Shown piece after piece: positions 19,488 through 28,853 of a DNA stretch of 64,000 bases. The stretch is taken from NCBI GenBank assembly GCA_027324255.1, contig DAHVTI010000320.1:1409-65408 (forward strand), read 5' to 3'. The translations under genes were made by a program, and so were the position numbers. Source of the stretch: Bryobacterales bacterium. GTDB lineage: Bacteria > Acidobacteriota > Terriglobia > Bryobacterales > Bryobacteraceae. Positions within the stretch are counted from its first letter, which is position 1. Each line of letters starts with the position of its first letter. The notes below the pieces were generated by a model. That model saw nothing but the letters and a program-made list of their open reading frames with translations. It was not told where the DNA came from and did no database searches.

Positions 19488-20675
19488 ATGAGGGTACTTA
19501 CCATTCTTTCCTGTACGGCGGCCCTGGGCTGCGCTGCCGCCTCCGGCCAAGCGCCGAAGCTTCCTGCGCCCTACCAGACGCCTTCCGCTTCCAATGCGCC
19601 GCGGGTGATTGAACGGCCCGGCGGCGCCCGCCTGCAACTGCCCGAGGGTTTCGACATCCAGCCGTTCGCGGGCGGCTTCGAGCGCCCGCGCTACATGATC
19701 TACGGGCCTGGGGGCGAAATTCTGCTATCCGACGCGATCAAGGGCGGCAGCGTCTACGCGCTGGTCGACAAGAACAAAGACGGCCGGATCAGCGACGAGG
19801 AAAAGACCCGGCTGGCCACGGGGCTGGACCGGCCCTTCGGCCTGGCGTTGTGGAAGGACTACCTGTACATCGCGGAAACCACTTCGGTGAAGCGCTTCAA
19901 GTACGACTCGAAGAAGTTGTCGCTGGGGGCGGGGGAAGAGGTGGTGCCGCTGAAGGAAGCGGGCAGCGGCCACTGGACGAGGACCATTCTGTTTGACCGC
20001 AAGGGGGAGAAGTTCTATCTGGCCGTCGGTTCGCAATCGAATGTCAGCCCCGGCGAGCCGGCGATCCGGGCGTCGATCACCCGCTACAACCCGGACGGCT
20101 CCGGGCGTGAGTTTGTTGCCGAGGGCACGCGCAATCCGATCGGCCTGGCCTGGTCTCCGGGGACCGATACGCTGTGGGCCGCGGTGCAGGAGCGCGACGG
20201 CCTGGGCGACGACCTGGTGCCGGACTACTTTACGGCGGTCAAACCGGGCGGTTTTTATGGCTGGCCGTATTCCTACATCGGGCCGCACGAGGAGCCGCGC
20301 AACAAGGGGCTGAAGCCCGAACTTGTATCCAGGACAATTGTGCCGGACGTGGTGCTGCCCGCCCACGCCGCAGTGCTCGATGCACGCTTTTATACCGGGA
20401 AGCAGTTCCCGGCCAAATACCAGGGAGGGGCCTTTCTCGCTTACCACGGTTCGTGGAACCGGTCGCAGCGGATCGGCTACTCTGTCGTCTTCATCCCTTT
20501 TCAGGGAGGCAAGCCCACGGGTCCGCCGGAGGACTTCCTTACCGGGTTCATGCTGGATCCTGCAAAGAAAGAGGTCTGGGGGCGTCCCGTGGGGCTTCTC
20601 CAGATGACGGATGGCAGCCTCCTGGTGTCCGATGACGGAGGCAATCAGTTGTGGCGTATTTTCTACAAAAAATAA
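19488..20675 (+). CDS. PQQ-dependent sugar/sorbosone dehydrogenase-family protein
   Basis: Signal peptide; GHWTR, YLAVGSQSN, GTRNPIGL, QERDGLGDDLVPDY, AYHGSWNRS, GRPVG...DGSLLVSDD. Confidence 0.88.
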   Translation: MRVLTILSCTAALGCAAASGQAPKLPAPYQTPSASNAPRVIERPGGARLQLPEGFDIQPFAGGFERPRYMIYGPGGEILLSDAIKGGSVYALVDKNKDGRISDEEKTRLATGLDRPFGLALWKDYLYIAETTSVKRFKYDSKKLSLGAGEEVVPLKEAGSGHWTRTILFDRKGEKFYLAVGSQSNVSPGEPAIRASITRYNPDGSGREFVAEGTRNPIGLAWSPGTDTLWAAVQERDGLGDDLVPDYFTAVKPGGFYGWPYSYIGPHEEPRNKGLKPELVSRTIVPDVVLPAHAAVLDARFYTGKQFPAKYQGGAFLAYHGSWNRSQRIGYSVVFIPFQGGKPTGPPEDFLTGFMLDPAKKEVWGRPVGLLQMTDGSLLVSDDGGNQLWRIFYKK

Positions 20676-20686
20676 CGATTCTCTCG

Positions 20687-21304
20687 ATGGCGCTGGGCGT
20701 GTCTGCCGCAGGGGCGGCGGCGCCCAAGCGCCCTTTTTCGCACAAGTACCACCTCACGCAGGTCGCCGCCTGCGAAAACTGTCACACCACCGCCGCCACC
20801 TCCACCAAGGCGCCGGACAATCTCATTCCCGACAAGAGCGCTTGTGTCACCTGTCACGACGAGGTCGAGATTGGCGAGCCTCGCCCCACGGGCGTGCAGA
20901 AGTTTAACCACGCTAAGCACGTGCCGATGGGGAGCGTGGCGCCGCTGATTGCCGGGGCGATCAAGGGCAAGACGTATCTCGGGCTGAATCCGCCCTCCGC
21001 CGAATCCCTGGCCGCAGCCAAGGACGCCTGCACCGGTTGCCACCGTGGCATTCCCGAGAGCGAGAATGTGGACCTCAGCAAGCCGGCGCCGTCGCACTTC
21101 CCGCAGATGGCGGACTGCCTGGTCTGCCACAACAAGATCAACCCGCCGGATTCGTGCGCTCAGTGCCACATCGAGACGACGCCGAACTTCCGCCCGGCGT
21201 CGCACACCGCCGACTTCGGGGACAAGCACTCCGAAAAGACGCTGGATAAGTCGTCCTGCGCCACTTGCCACGGGCGCAAATTCACTTGCAAAGGCTGCCA
21301 CTGA
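20687..21304 (+). CDS. Heptaheme cytochrome c (c3/c7-like)
   Basis: Seven CxxCH motifs (CENCH, CVTCH, CTGCH, CLVCH, CAQCH, CATCH, CKGCH); start could be GTG 20651. Confidence 0.88.
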   Translation: MALGVSAAGAAAPKRPFSHKYHLTQVAACENCHTTAATSTKAPDNLIPDKSACVTCHDEVEIGEPRPTGVQKFNHAKHVPMGSVAPLIAGAIKGKTYLGLNPPSAESLAAAKDACTGCHRGIPESENVDLSKPAPSHFPQMADCLVCHNKINPPDSCAQCHIETTPNFRPASHTADFGDKHSEKTLDKSSCATCHGRKFTCKGCH

Positions 21305-22695
21305 TGAGACTGAAGATCCTGTTTCCTGGAGCGCTGCTCCTCCTGCTGGCGCCGGCGCTGCCGTCGCTGGAGCCGGCGGCGGACCCGCGCCTGGCGGGAG
21401 CTTCGCGCGGCGAGATGAAAAACGGCTGGGTGCCTGTCAGGCTGCAGGGCTCGCCCGGGCAGATCGGCTTCCAGCACGGTTACCTTCTGGCCCGGGAGAT
21501 CGAGGATACGCTGGCGGTGACCCGGTTGCAGTTGACGCATGGGGTGGCGCGCGATTGGAACTTCTACCGTTCAGCGGCGGAGAAGGTGCTGTGGCCGCGG
21601 GTGCCGGAAGAGCACCGCGAGGAGATTCGGGGCATGGCGGCAGGACTGGCCGCGCGCGGCGTGAAGGCCGATGCGGTGGACCTGACCGTGCTGAACGCCA
21701 ACATCGAACTGGGCTACTACACGGCCTGGCTCGACAAGGGCGGCAAGCCCGCCGCCCCGGACCGCTGCAGCGCCTTCGTCGCCACGGGCAGCTATACGCG
21801 CGACGGCAAGGTGGTGATCGGGCACAACAACTGGTCCGGCTACCTGGAGGGAGCGCGCTGGAACATCATCTTCGACCTCCGGCCGTCAAAGGGGCACCGC
21901 ATCCTGATGGACGGGTTTCCCGGCTTCATCCACAGCGGCGACGATTTCGGGCTGAACTCCGCCGGCCTGGTGATCACCGAGACCACCATCACGGCTTTCC
22001 ACGGCTTCGACCCCCGCGGCGTGCCGGAATTCGTCCGCGCCCGGCGGGCCATGCAGTATGCCGCCTCCATCGACGAATTCGCCGCCATCATGAAGGAGGG
22101 CAACAACGGCGGCTACGCCAACGCCTGGCTGGTGGCCGACCTGAATCGAAACGAGATCGCCCGGCTGGAACTGGGACTGAAAAACGTCACGCTGGAGCGC
22201 TCCCGCGACGGCTACTTCGTCGGCTCTAATTTTCCGGTCCTGCCCAAGCTGGCCGCCGAAGAGACGGATTTTCCCGTGAAAGACATGTCTGTCAGCGCCA
22301 ATGCCCGGCGTGTCCGGTGGGAGCAACTGATGGCGCAGCACAAGGGGCGCATCGACATGGCCGCGGGCAAGGCCTTCCTGGCCGACCACTTCGATTCCTA
22401 TGAGCAGAAGGCCGGCGCACCGAGCGAGAGGACGCTGTGCGGACACGTGGACCTTTCTCCCCGCGGTCTGAAGCCCTGGCAGGAGCCGTTCGGGCCGGCC
22501 GGCGCGGTGCAGAACAAGATGACGACGGCCGAGATGGCGCGCAGGATGGAGATGGAGGCGGCCTTGGGCCACTCCTGCGGCATCGGTTTCCGGGCGGCCG
22601 AGTTTCTGGCGAAGCACCCTGAGTTCGGCTGGATGAAGCCGCTGCTGAAGGATCTGCCTTCCCAGCCGTGGACGAAGTTCGCGGCCGCGCGTTAA
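21304..22695 (+). CDS. C45-family autoproteolytic Ntn-hydrolase (phospholipase B-like)
   Basis: TGATG coupling to the cytochrome; signal peptide; GQIGFQHG; DR|CSAFVATG...IGHNNW nucleophile segment. Confidence 0.8.
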   Translation: MRLKILFPGALLLLLAPALPSLEPAADPRLAGASRGEMKNGWVPVRLQGSPGQIGFQHGYLLAREIEDTLAVTRLQLTHGVARDWNFYRSAAEKVLWPRVPEEHREEIRGMAAGLAARGVKADAVDLTVLNANIELGYYTAWLDKGGKPAAPDRCSAFVATGSYTRDGKVVIGHNNWSGYLEGARWNIIFDLRPSKGHRILMDGFPGFIHSGDDFGLNSAGLVITETTITAFHGFDPRGVPEFVRARRAMQYAASIDEFAAIMKEGNNGGYANAWLVADLNRNEIARLELGLKNVTLERSRDGYFVGSNFPVLPKLAAEETDFPVKDMSVSANARRVRWEQLMAQHKGRIDMAAGKAFLADHFDSYEQKAGAPSERTLCGHVDLSPRGLKPWQEPFGPAGAVQNKMTTAEMARRMEMEAALGHSCGIGFRAAEFLAKHPEFGWMKPLLKDLPSQPWTKFAAAR

Positions 22696-23711
22696 GCGGC
22701 CGTCCGCCAGCGCCGGCCGAGGCCGAGCGTCTTTTTCGCGTACTCCAGGCCGCGCTCGACGTGGTCCTTCTGCTGGAACTGCACCGCGGCCAGAAACTGC
22801 TCCGGCGTCTGCCGGCCCTGCAGGTCCTCGATGACCATGTGGCCTTCAAAGGGACGGCCTTTGCGGGCGAGGTCCAGGAATTTCGCCAGTTCGCCGGCCC
22901 TGGCTTGCGGGAACGATTTCCAGTAGCCGGGTTCCAGGTAGGGGATGACCGCGGGCGGCCTGCCCGTGATCGGTTTGTTGTAGACGTGCACCTTCGGGCA
23001 CACCTCAGCCAGCCTGGTGGTGATGGCCTTGAAGTCCACGCAGCCTTCGCCGAGCGGCACCCACTGCACGGCCACGCCGCGGGGGTGTTCATAGACGACG
23101 GAGTCCCGGAGATGCGCCGACTCGATATAGGGGGCGAGCGTCTCCAGCGTCGTCATCGGATGCTCCAGGACGAAGACCGGGTTGCCGGTGTCCATGTAGA
23201 CGCCCACCAGGTCTTTCCCGGCCGCCTCGATGACCTGGCGCAGTTCCCAGGCCTGGAGGTCCTTGTGGACTTCGATGATGGCCTTGACGCCGCGGCCGGA
23301 CAGTTCGGGCCGGACCGCGCGGAGAATCTTGACGGCCCACTCCATCGCCTGTTCCACTGGCACGCCGAAGGAGGCGCGATCGCTGGCCAGGACGCCGCGA
23401 ACGTAGGGGGAGCCCATGGCGGCGGCCCGCTCAATCTGCTTGCGCAGGGCGGCGATGCTGGCATCGAGTCCATCGGCCTTCTTCGGCAGGATGCCTCCGC
23501 CGCCCGTCTCGAGATGCAGTCCCAGTCTCTGTGCCTGGGATTTGACTTCCGCCCAATGGGCAGGGTCCATCTTGCGCGGGTCGAGTGAGTCCTGGAGGAA
23601 GATGGCGTCCAGTTTCTGCTGGGAGGCGAAATCCAGATGCCTGGAGTCCGGCCAGCGAAGTGCGCGCAGGCAATACGTGTTGTAGCCGAGCGGGAGGGGA
23701 GATTCGAGCAT
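22692..23711 (-). CDS. Sugar phosphate isomerase/epimerase-family TIM barrel
   Basis: IIEVHKD, YMDTGNP, AHLRDS, VPLGEGCVDF motifs; ATG 23711 is 7 nt after TATCAT (alternative 23720). Confidence 0.85.
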   Translation of the reverse strand: MLESPLPLGYNTYCLRALRWPDSRHLDFASQQKLDAIFLQDSLDPRKMDPAHWAEVKSQAQRLGLHLETGGGGILPKKADGLDASIAALRKQIERAAAMGSPYVRGVLASDRASFGVPVEQAMEWAVKILRAVRPELSGRGVKAIIEVHKDLQAWELRQVIEAAGKDLVGVYMDTGNPVFVLEHPMTTLETLAPYIESAHLRDSVVYEHPRGVAVQWVPLGEGCVDFKAITTRLAEVCPKVHVYNKPITGRPPAVIPYLEPGYWKSFPQARAGELAKFLDLARKGRPFEGHMVIEDLQGRQTPEQFLAAVQFQQKDHVERGLEYAKKTLGLGRRWRTAA

Positions 23712-23833
23712 CGCACACATGATATCGGATCGGCCGTCGGAGTCCCGAGTGACGCCGGGCTGGCGAGATGTACGCCAGGCGCCCGGCCGGATGATCAGGA
23801 GCGGCCGTGAATTGCCGTGCCAGCTATCAGGAC

Positions 23834-23866
23834 GAAAGAACCTTTCCTATAGAAAGAACCTTTCCT
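23834..23866. repeat. Tandem 15-bp direct repeat GAAAGAACCTTTCCT x2; each unit contains the palindrome GAAAG-AAC-CTTTC
   Basis: gaaagaacctttcct-ata-gaaagaacctttcct at 23834-23848 and 23852-23866, just after the fliN/Y stop. Confidence 0.9.
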
Positions 23867-23869
23867 CGC

Positions 23870-24676
23870 TTAGAACAGCGTTCTGAGCCGCTCTTCGCGG
23901 GACACGATCTGCCTGATTCGCACTCCGTAGTTCCCCTCCACGACAACAACCTCGCCCCGGGCGATCACGCAGTTGTTGACCAGCACTTCCACCGGTTCGG
24001 TGACGGATCTGTTCAACTCGACAATGCTGCCCGTGGTGAGTTTGACGGCATCCTTCAGTCGCATTTGAGCCCGGCCAAAGGAAACTCCGACTGGGAGTTC
24101 CACCTCCATGAGGAGTTCCATGGTCGGCGAAGTCCTTCTGGCTGAGCCGATGAGAGATGGCGTCGGCGGTGGTTCGACTTCTTTCTCCGGCTCCAGCGAG
24201 GCAAGGAGGCTGGAGTTGCCGGCCAGCCAGGCTTTGCCAAGTACATCACCCCCGATGGTGATCTCGACGGTGTGCCACTCCAGATCGCCAGCCGCAGCTT
24301 CCGCCAGTTCGCCATTCTCGAAGGAGACTTCCCGCTGCAACCGGGCGCCCATCGCATTAGACAGGGGCGATAGAGACTGCTGGAGAATTTCCAGCGAGGT
24401 GCTTCGGATTTCCGCCTCATCGGAGCCTTCCAGCCCCGCCGCTTCCAGGACCTGGCGTCCCAGTCCCTTCCAGACGGATTGGCTGAAGACCAGCCAGATG
24501 GCCGCATGCGGTGCCGCATTGACGGGCTGCATCCACTTGAGATCGCCCGGGCCCGGTCCGGCTGTTTCGCTGGTTTCCACGCGAGCCGCTCTTGCCTCGG
24601 CGCCGGTCATGGAGCCGATCGCCGCGCCAAGTTGTTCCACCCATTTTTCGGCTAGCCAGATGCCATCAGTGTTCAT
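23870..24676 (-). CDS. fliN: Flagellar motor switch protein, FliY/FliN-like (divergent N-domain + SpoA domain)
   Basis: C-terminal MELLMEVELPVGVSFGRAQM...GSIVELNRSVTEPVEVLVN...ARGEVVVVEGNYGVRI; ATG 24676 after GGAGAG. Confidence 0.85.
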   Translation of the reverse strand: MNTDGIWLAEKWVEQLGAAIGSMTGAEARAARVETSETAGPGPGDLKWMQPVNAAPHAAIWLVFSQSVWKGLGRQVLEAAGLEGSDEAEIRSTSLEILQQSLSPLSNAMGARLQREVSFENGELAEAAAGDLEWHTVEITIGGDVLGKAWLAGNSSLLASLEPEKEVEPPPTPSLIGSARRTSPTMELLMEVELPVGVSFGRAQMRLKDAVKLTTGSIVELNRSVTEPVEVLVNNCVIARGEVVVVEGNYGVRIRQIVSREERLRTLF

Positions 24677-24784
24677 GTCGCTCTCCACTCAGCCGGAAGC
24701 GGTCCGGCCGGTCATTGTTGCATTGCGCCGATCTGAAGTTGCTCGTCGAGATGTATTGAGCCTTCTCCGGACGCGTCCGAATCA

Positions 24785-25534
24785 CTATCGGCCTCTCGCG
24801 GTGGGCCACTTCTTTCTCATGAACGCCCGCAGCCTGAGGATCGCCTGGGTCTTGAGCTGAGAGACACGGGACTCATGGAGCTTGATAATGCGAGAGATCT
24901 CACGAAGTGTCATTTCCTCCTTGTAGTACAGTCCCAGAACGGTCCTTTCGACGTAGGGCATCCTCGAAATGGCTTGCGCCAGGATCTTCCGGAGTTCGTT
25001 TCGCTCAAACACCTGCGAGGGCCAGTCTTCCTCTTTGTCCGCCACGAAGCGCAGGAGGTCGCGGCCGTCCTCCTCCGAAGGGTGGCCCTCCAGACTGCCC
25101 ACGTTGAGCCCCCGGATTTCGACGAGCCAGTCGTGGTACTCCTCCAGCGACACACCCAGGCCTGCGGCGATCTCCTCTTCCGAGGGGGGGCGCTTCAATT
25201 TCTGTTCCAGCTCTGCGATCGCCCGTTCAATCTGTTTGCTGCGGCGCCGCTGCTGCCGCGGAGCCCAGTCCAGTCCCCGAAGGCTGTCCAGAATTGCACC
25301 GCGGATCTTGTATTCCGCGTAGGTTTTCAGTTTTACATTATGCGCCGGGTCGAACTTGTCGATCGCCGAGATGAGCCCCACGATCCCCGTGGACACGAGG
25401 TCATCCAGGCTGACACTCTCCGGTAACCTCTCGTGAATTCTCCGCGCGATCAGCCGGACCTGAGGGAGGTGGTCGAGGATCAGCCGCTCCCGCTCCTCTG
25501 TGTCCTTTACCGTTGCCGCCTCATAAGGATTCAT
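24785..25534 (-). CDS. fliA: Flagellar sigma-28 factor
   Basis: DDLVSTGIVGLISAIDKFD, KIRGAILDSLRGLDWAPR, YKEEMTLREI...ESRVSQL. Confidence 0.93.
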   Translation of the reverse strand: MNPYEAATVKDTEERERLILDHLPQVRLIARRIHERLPESVSLDDLVSTGIVGLISAIDKFDPAHNVKLKTYAEYKIRGAILDSLRGLDWAPRQQRRRSKQIERAIAELEQKLKRPPSEEEIAAGLGVSLEEYHDWLVEIRGLNVGSLEGHPSEEDGRDLLRFVADKEEDWPSQVFERNELRKILAQAISRMPYVERTVLGLYYKEEMTLREISRIIKLHESRVSQLKTQAILRLRAFMRKKWPTARGR

Positions 25535-25559
25535 TTTCTTGTCCTCGCTGGCTTCCTTC

Positions 25560-26663
25560 CTATGCCGCTGCACCGACCGTGACGGATGCTCCCAGCAGCA
25601 GGTGAATGAGGTTTGCCGCGGAAGCGGGCTCCAGGTCCTCCGGAATCCTGGGGCCCCTGCTGAGATATGAGACTGCCTTCCCGCTCAACATGGCTGCCGC
25701 CAGGCAGCCCCCGGGACGGGTCGTCTCGTCGAGGCGCGTGAAGATCAGCTTGGCGGGTGAGAAGATCTCCCACCAGCGCATGGATGCGAGCAGGTCCTCA
25801 GTTCTCGTCGTCGCTGCCAGCACCAGTTGCGTCTCGACGTCTCCTGGTCCAGCGAGCATGGCTGCCCACTCCTGGCCACACTCTTCCTCGCGGGGGCTGA
25901 AGCCTGGAGTGTCAATGAGGATAAGCCCTTTCTGTCTGTGCTCCGTGAGCAGTCTGGCGAGGGCCGCCGGCGTCTCGGCCACTTCGAAAGGGAGGCCGAG
26001 AATCGCCGCATAGGCGCGCAATTGATCCGGCGCCGCAACCCTGTGAGTGTCCGTGCTGAGGATCAGAGTGGACCGTTTTGCGCCGATTCCTTCCCGCATC
26101 GCCAGTTTGGCCAGAGTGGTGGTCTTACCGCATCCGGACGGGCCCACGAGCGCAACGACTTTCTGCGCGGCTTCGGGCGGTCCGAGTTCCGGGGCTGAGA
26201 CGATTCTCGACTCCGTCTCGGCGATCAATGCCTGGCGGATGAGAGCGGCAGGCGCTGGGTTCGACCTGCTGCGCAGCCGGAGTCGCCGTTCGACCCTGTC
26301 CAGGAGATCATTCACCAGCGTCGGAGGGAGGTCCCTGGCCGCCAGTCCCGCTCCCAGTTCCGTCAATTCAGGCGCGCATCCCGTCCCGATCAGGCCCGAT
26401 GACAGGTGAGCTACGAGTGCCGAGAGCCGTCCCAGCTCCGCCTGGATGGCCTGCAACTCATCCCGCTCTCCCAGTGTTTCCGTCCGGGGGAGAGGGTGTG
26501 GGGAGTCGGGCAACTGGAAATCGACCCGGTAGGCTCCCAGGCGCGCATCCTCTCCTTCGGTGGGACATGCGCCCAGAAGGAGCGCTTCCTCTCCCAACTG
26601 CCTGCGTGCCAGCGCGACAGCGGCCTCCACTGAATCTGAATAGAACACCTTTTCGATCGGCAC
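25560..26663 (-). CDS. flhF: Flagellar SRP-type GTPase
   Basis: N-terminal B domain, GPSGCGKTTTLAKLA, DTHRVAA, DTPG, TRLDE, GPRIPEDL; TAGTG coupling to flhA. Confidence 0.88.
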   Translation of the reverse strand: MPIEKVFYSDSVEAAVALARRQLGEEALLLGACPTEGEDARLGAYRVDFQLPDSPHPLPRTETLGERDELQAIQAELGRLSALVAHLSSGLIGTGCAPELTELGAGLAARDLPPTLVNDLLDRVERRLRLRSRSNPAPAALIRQALIAETESRIVSAPELGPPEAAQKVVALVGPSGCGKTTTLAKLAMREGIGAKRSTLILSTDTHRVAAPDQLRAYAAILGLPFEVAETPAALARLLTEHRQKGLILIDTPGFSPREEECGQEWAAMLAGPGDVETQLVLAATTRTEDLLASMRWWEIFSPAKLIFTRLDETTRPGGCLAAAMLSGKAVSYLSRGPRIPEDLEPASAANLIHLLLGASVTVGAAA

Positions 26664-28825
26664 TACCGCGCTCCCTTCAGTACTCCCAGAGAGACCACTC
26701 TGGTCCCCGGCGGCACTTCTCCATGCGAAAGGACAGTCGCCTGCGGGTGGTTCGCCTCGAGCATCTGGCGGACGAAGTAACGTGCACCGGAGCTCGTCAG
26801 CAGGGTCCAGTTTCCCTGTCCTTGCGCCGTGGCCCCACGGGCGGCATCCAGGAGTTGGGAGACAAGGTCGGGAGATAGATTGAGGTGCGACGTGGTTTCC
26901 CCGTGTTCCACCGATCCCTCGATCGACCTTTCCAGCCCCGCGTCGAGGAAGTAGACCGGAAGTTCGCCAGCGGCGTTCAGCAGCGGTCTTACCAGGGTGC
27001 GCCGCGAAGCCTGCCGGACCAGTTCCGTGAGCAGGGTGGGGTTCCGTGTGACGCAGGCGCCCTCGCTCAGCGATTCCAGGATACTGGCGGCGTCCCTGAT
27101 GGATACCCTCTCCCGGAGCAGATTCTGGAGAACCTTTTGGACAGTCGGCAGGGGCAGCAGCTTTGGAATCAGGTCTTCCACCGCACGCGGGTTCTCCTCA
27201 GAGACGCGATCGACGAGTCGCTTGGCATCCTGGCGGGAAAAGACTTCGTGGCAATGACGGCGGACCAGTTCTGCCAGATGAGTGCCCAGCACGCTCACGG
27301 CGTCCACCACCGTGCAGCCCGCACTCCGCGCACGGTCGGCTTGATCGCTCGGAATCCAGACCGCCGGAAGGCCGAAAGCGGGATCCTTGGCCGGAGTGCC
27401 TTGCACGGACTGGGTTCCGCCCGCCGGGAGAATCGCCAGGTCACACCCTGGAGGAAGTTCGAACCGGCCGATCTCCGCCCCTTTCAGCAGCACTACGTAC
27501 TCGCGGACCCGCAGTGACAGGTTGTCGACAACCCGGACCGGAGGAAGAATATAGCCGAGGTCGGCCGCCAACTGGCGCCGGATGCCGGCGATTCTTCTTA
27601 GCAGCGGTGAGCCCTCGCCGCCGTCTGCGAACTTGACGAGGCCCAATCCTACCTCCACCGCCAGCGGTTCGACGCGCAACAGCGAATCCAGGCTCTCGCG
27701 TGCCGCCGCCGGCGCCGCTGCCGGACTTTTCTCCGTCGAGTTGATCGCTTTGGTCCGGAGACGGGTGCCCACATAGCCTACGGCTCCAGCCAAGCAGAAG
27801 AATGGCCACTTCGGCAGCCCCGGGACCAACGCCATCGCAAGCAGCACGGCGGATGCAAGCAGCAGGGGCTGGTGATTTCCGAAGACCTGGCGCCTGAAGT
27901 CTTCTCCCATCTCCCGCTCGCTGCTGGCACGGGTGACAATCAGGCCGCCGCATATGGAGATCATCAGGGCCGGGATTACCGTCACCAGGCCATCTCCGAT
28001 CGTCAGCACCGTGTAGGTTTCCAGTGCCCGCGGAAGGTCCATCCCATGCTGCAATACCCCGATCAGGAATCCGGCTACGATGTTGATGGCGGTGATCAGG
28101 ATGCTCGCCACTGCGTCCCTTTGCGTGAATCGGGTGGCTCCGTCCATCGCGCCGTAGAACTCCGCCTCCGCCGAGAGTGATTTCCTCCGTGCCTTTGCCT
28201 CGGCTTCGTTGATCAGGCCGGCGTTGAGGTCTGCATCGATCGACATCTGCTTGCCCGGGAGGGCGTCGAGTGTGAATCGAGCGGTGACTTCAGAAATGCG
28301 GACGGCGCCGTGATTAATGACGACGTATTGAATCGCGATGAGCACCAGGAACACGACAACTCCGATGACGAAGTTGCCGCCCACGACGAAATTGCCGAAG
28401 GATTCGATCACTTCACCCGCGGCTGAAGTCCCGATGCTGCCATTCAGGAGGATCAGTCTCGACGTGGACACGTTCAACGCCAGTCGGAAGAGCGTCATGA
28501 GCAGCAGCGCAGTCGGAAAAACGCTGAACTCCGCCGGCCTGCGGATGTACATCGAAACCAGGAGAACCACGGTGGAGAGCGTGATGTTAGCGCTGATCAG
28601 GAGGTCCATCACAATCGGCGGCAGCGGTGTCACCAGGGCGAGTAGGATGCAGAGGACTCCAACCGGTAGCGCTGTCTCTGCGGATAGCAATTGACGCCAC
28701 CCGACACCGGTTGCCGCCGCGGTGGTGCCCGGGTTCGATCTGCCCGCCGCGGATCGGCCGGTCTGCGGCCCCGCGATGCGGGATGCCGTGCCGTGACTGC
28801 TCGTCGCTGTGATCGGACTGGTCAT
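26663..28825 (-). CDS. flhA: Flagellar export gate protein
   Basis: FPTALLLMTLFRLALNVSTSRLIL, RISEVTARFTLDALPGKQMSIDADLNAG, FYGAMDGA. Confidence 0.96.
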   Translation of the reverse strand: MTSPITATSSHGTASRIAGPQTGRSAAGRSNPGTTAAATGVGWRQLLSAETALPVGVLCILLALVTPLPPIVMDLLISANITLSTVVLLVSMYIRRPAEFSVFPTALLLMTLFRLALNVSTSRLILLNGSIGTSAAGEVIESFGNFVVGGNFVIGVVVFLVLIAIQYVVINHGAVRISEVTARFTLDALPGKQMSIDADLNAGLINEAEAKARRKSLSAEAEFYGAMDGATRFTQRDAVASILITAINIVAGFLIGVLQHGMDLPRALETYTVLTIGDGLVTVIPALMISICGGLIVTRASSEREMGEDFRRQVFGNHQPLLLASAVLLAMALVPGLPKWPFFCLAGAVGYVGTRLRTKAINSTEKSPAAAPAAARESLDSLLRVEPLAVEVGLGLVKFADGGEGSPLLRRIAGIRRQLAADLGYILPPVRVVDNLSLRVREYVVLLKGAEIGRFELPPGCDLAILPAGGTQSVQGTPAKDPAFGLPAVWIPSDQADRARSAGCTVVDAVSVLGTHLAELVRRHCHEVFSRQDAKRLVDRVSEENPRAVEDLIPKLLPLPTVQKVLQNLLRERVSIRDAASILESLSEGACVTRNPTLLTELVRQASRRTLVRPLLNAAGELPVYFLDAGLERSIEGSVEHGETTSHLNLSPDLVSQLLDAARGATAQGQGNWTLLTSSGARYFVRQMLEANHPQATVLSHGEVPPGTRVVSLGVLKGAR

Positions 28826-28853
28826 TTCAAGTCTCTGCTGTCCGCGCCAGTTC

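Noticed and set aside
23808-23823. Sigma-54-like CTGGCACGGCAATTCA upstream of the TIM-barrel gene
   Set aside because: The -12 GC is absent, and a better -10 (TATCAT) explains the gene.
23834-23866. CRISPR array or FRT-like site
   Set aside because: Only two 15-bp units with a 3-nt gap, no cas or recombinase genes; the FRT resemblance is superficial.
25321-25348. dif-like sequence (minus strand GCGCATAATGTA matches the E. coli XerC arm and spacer)
   Set aside because: The usually better conserved XerD arm (TTATGTTAAAT) does not match, and the bases encode the FliA region-2 peptide PAHNVKLK.
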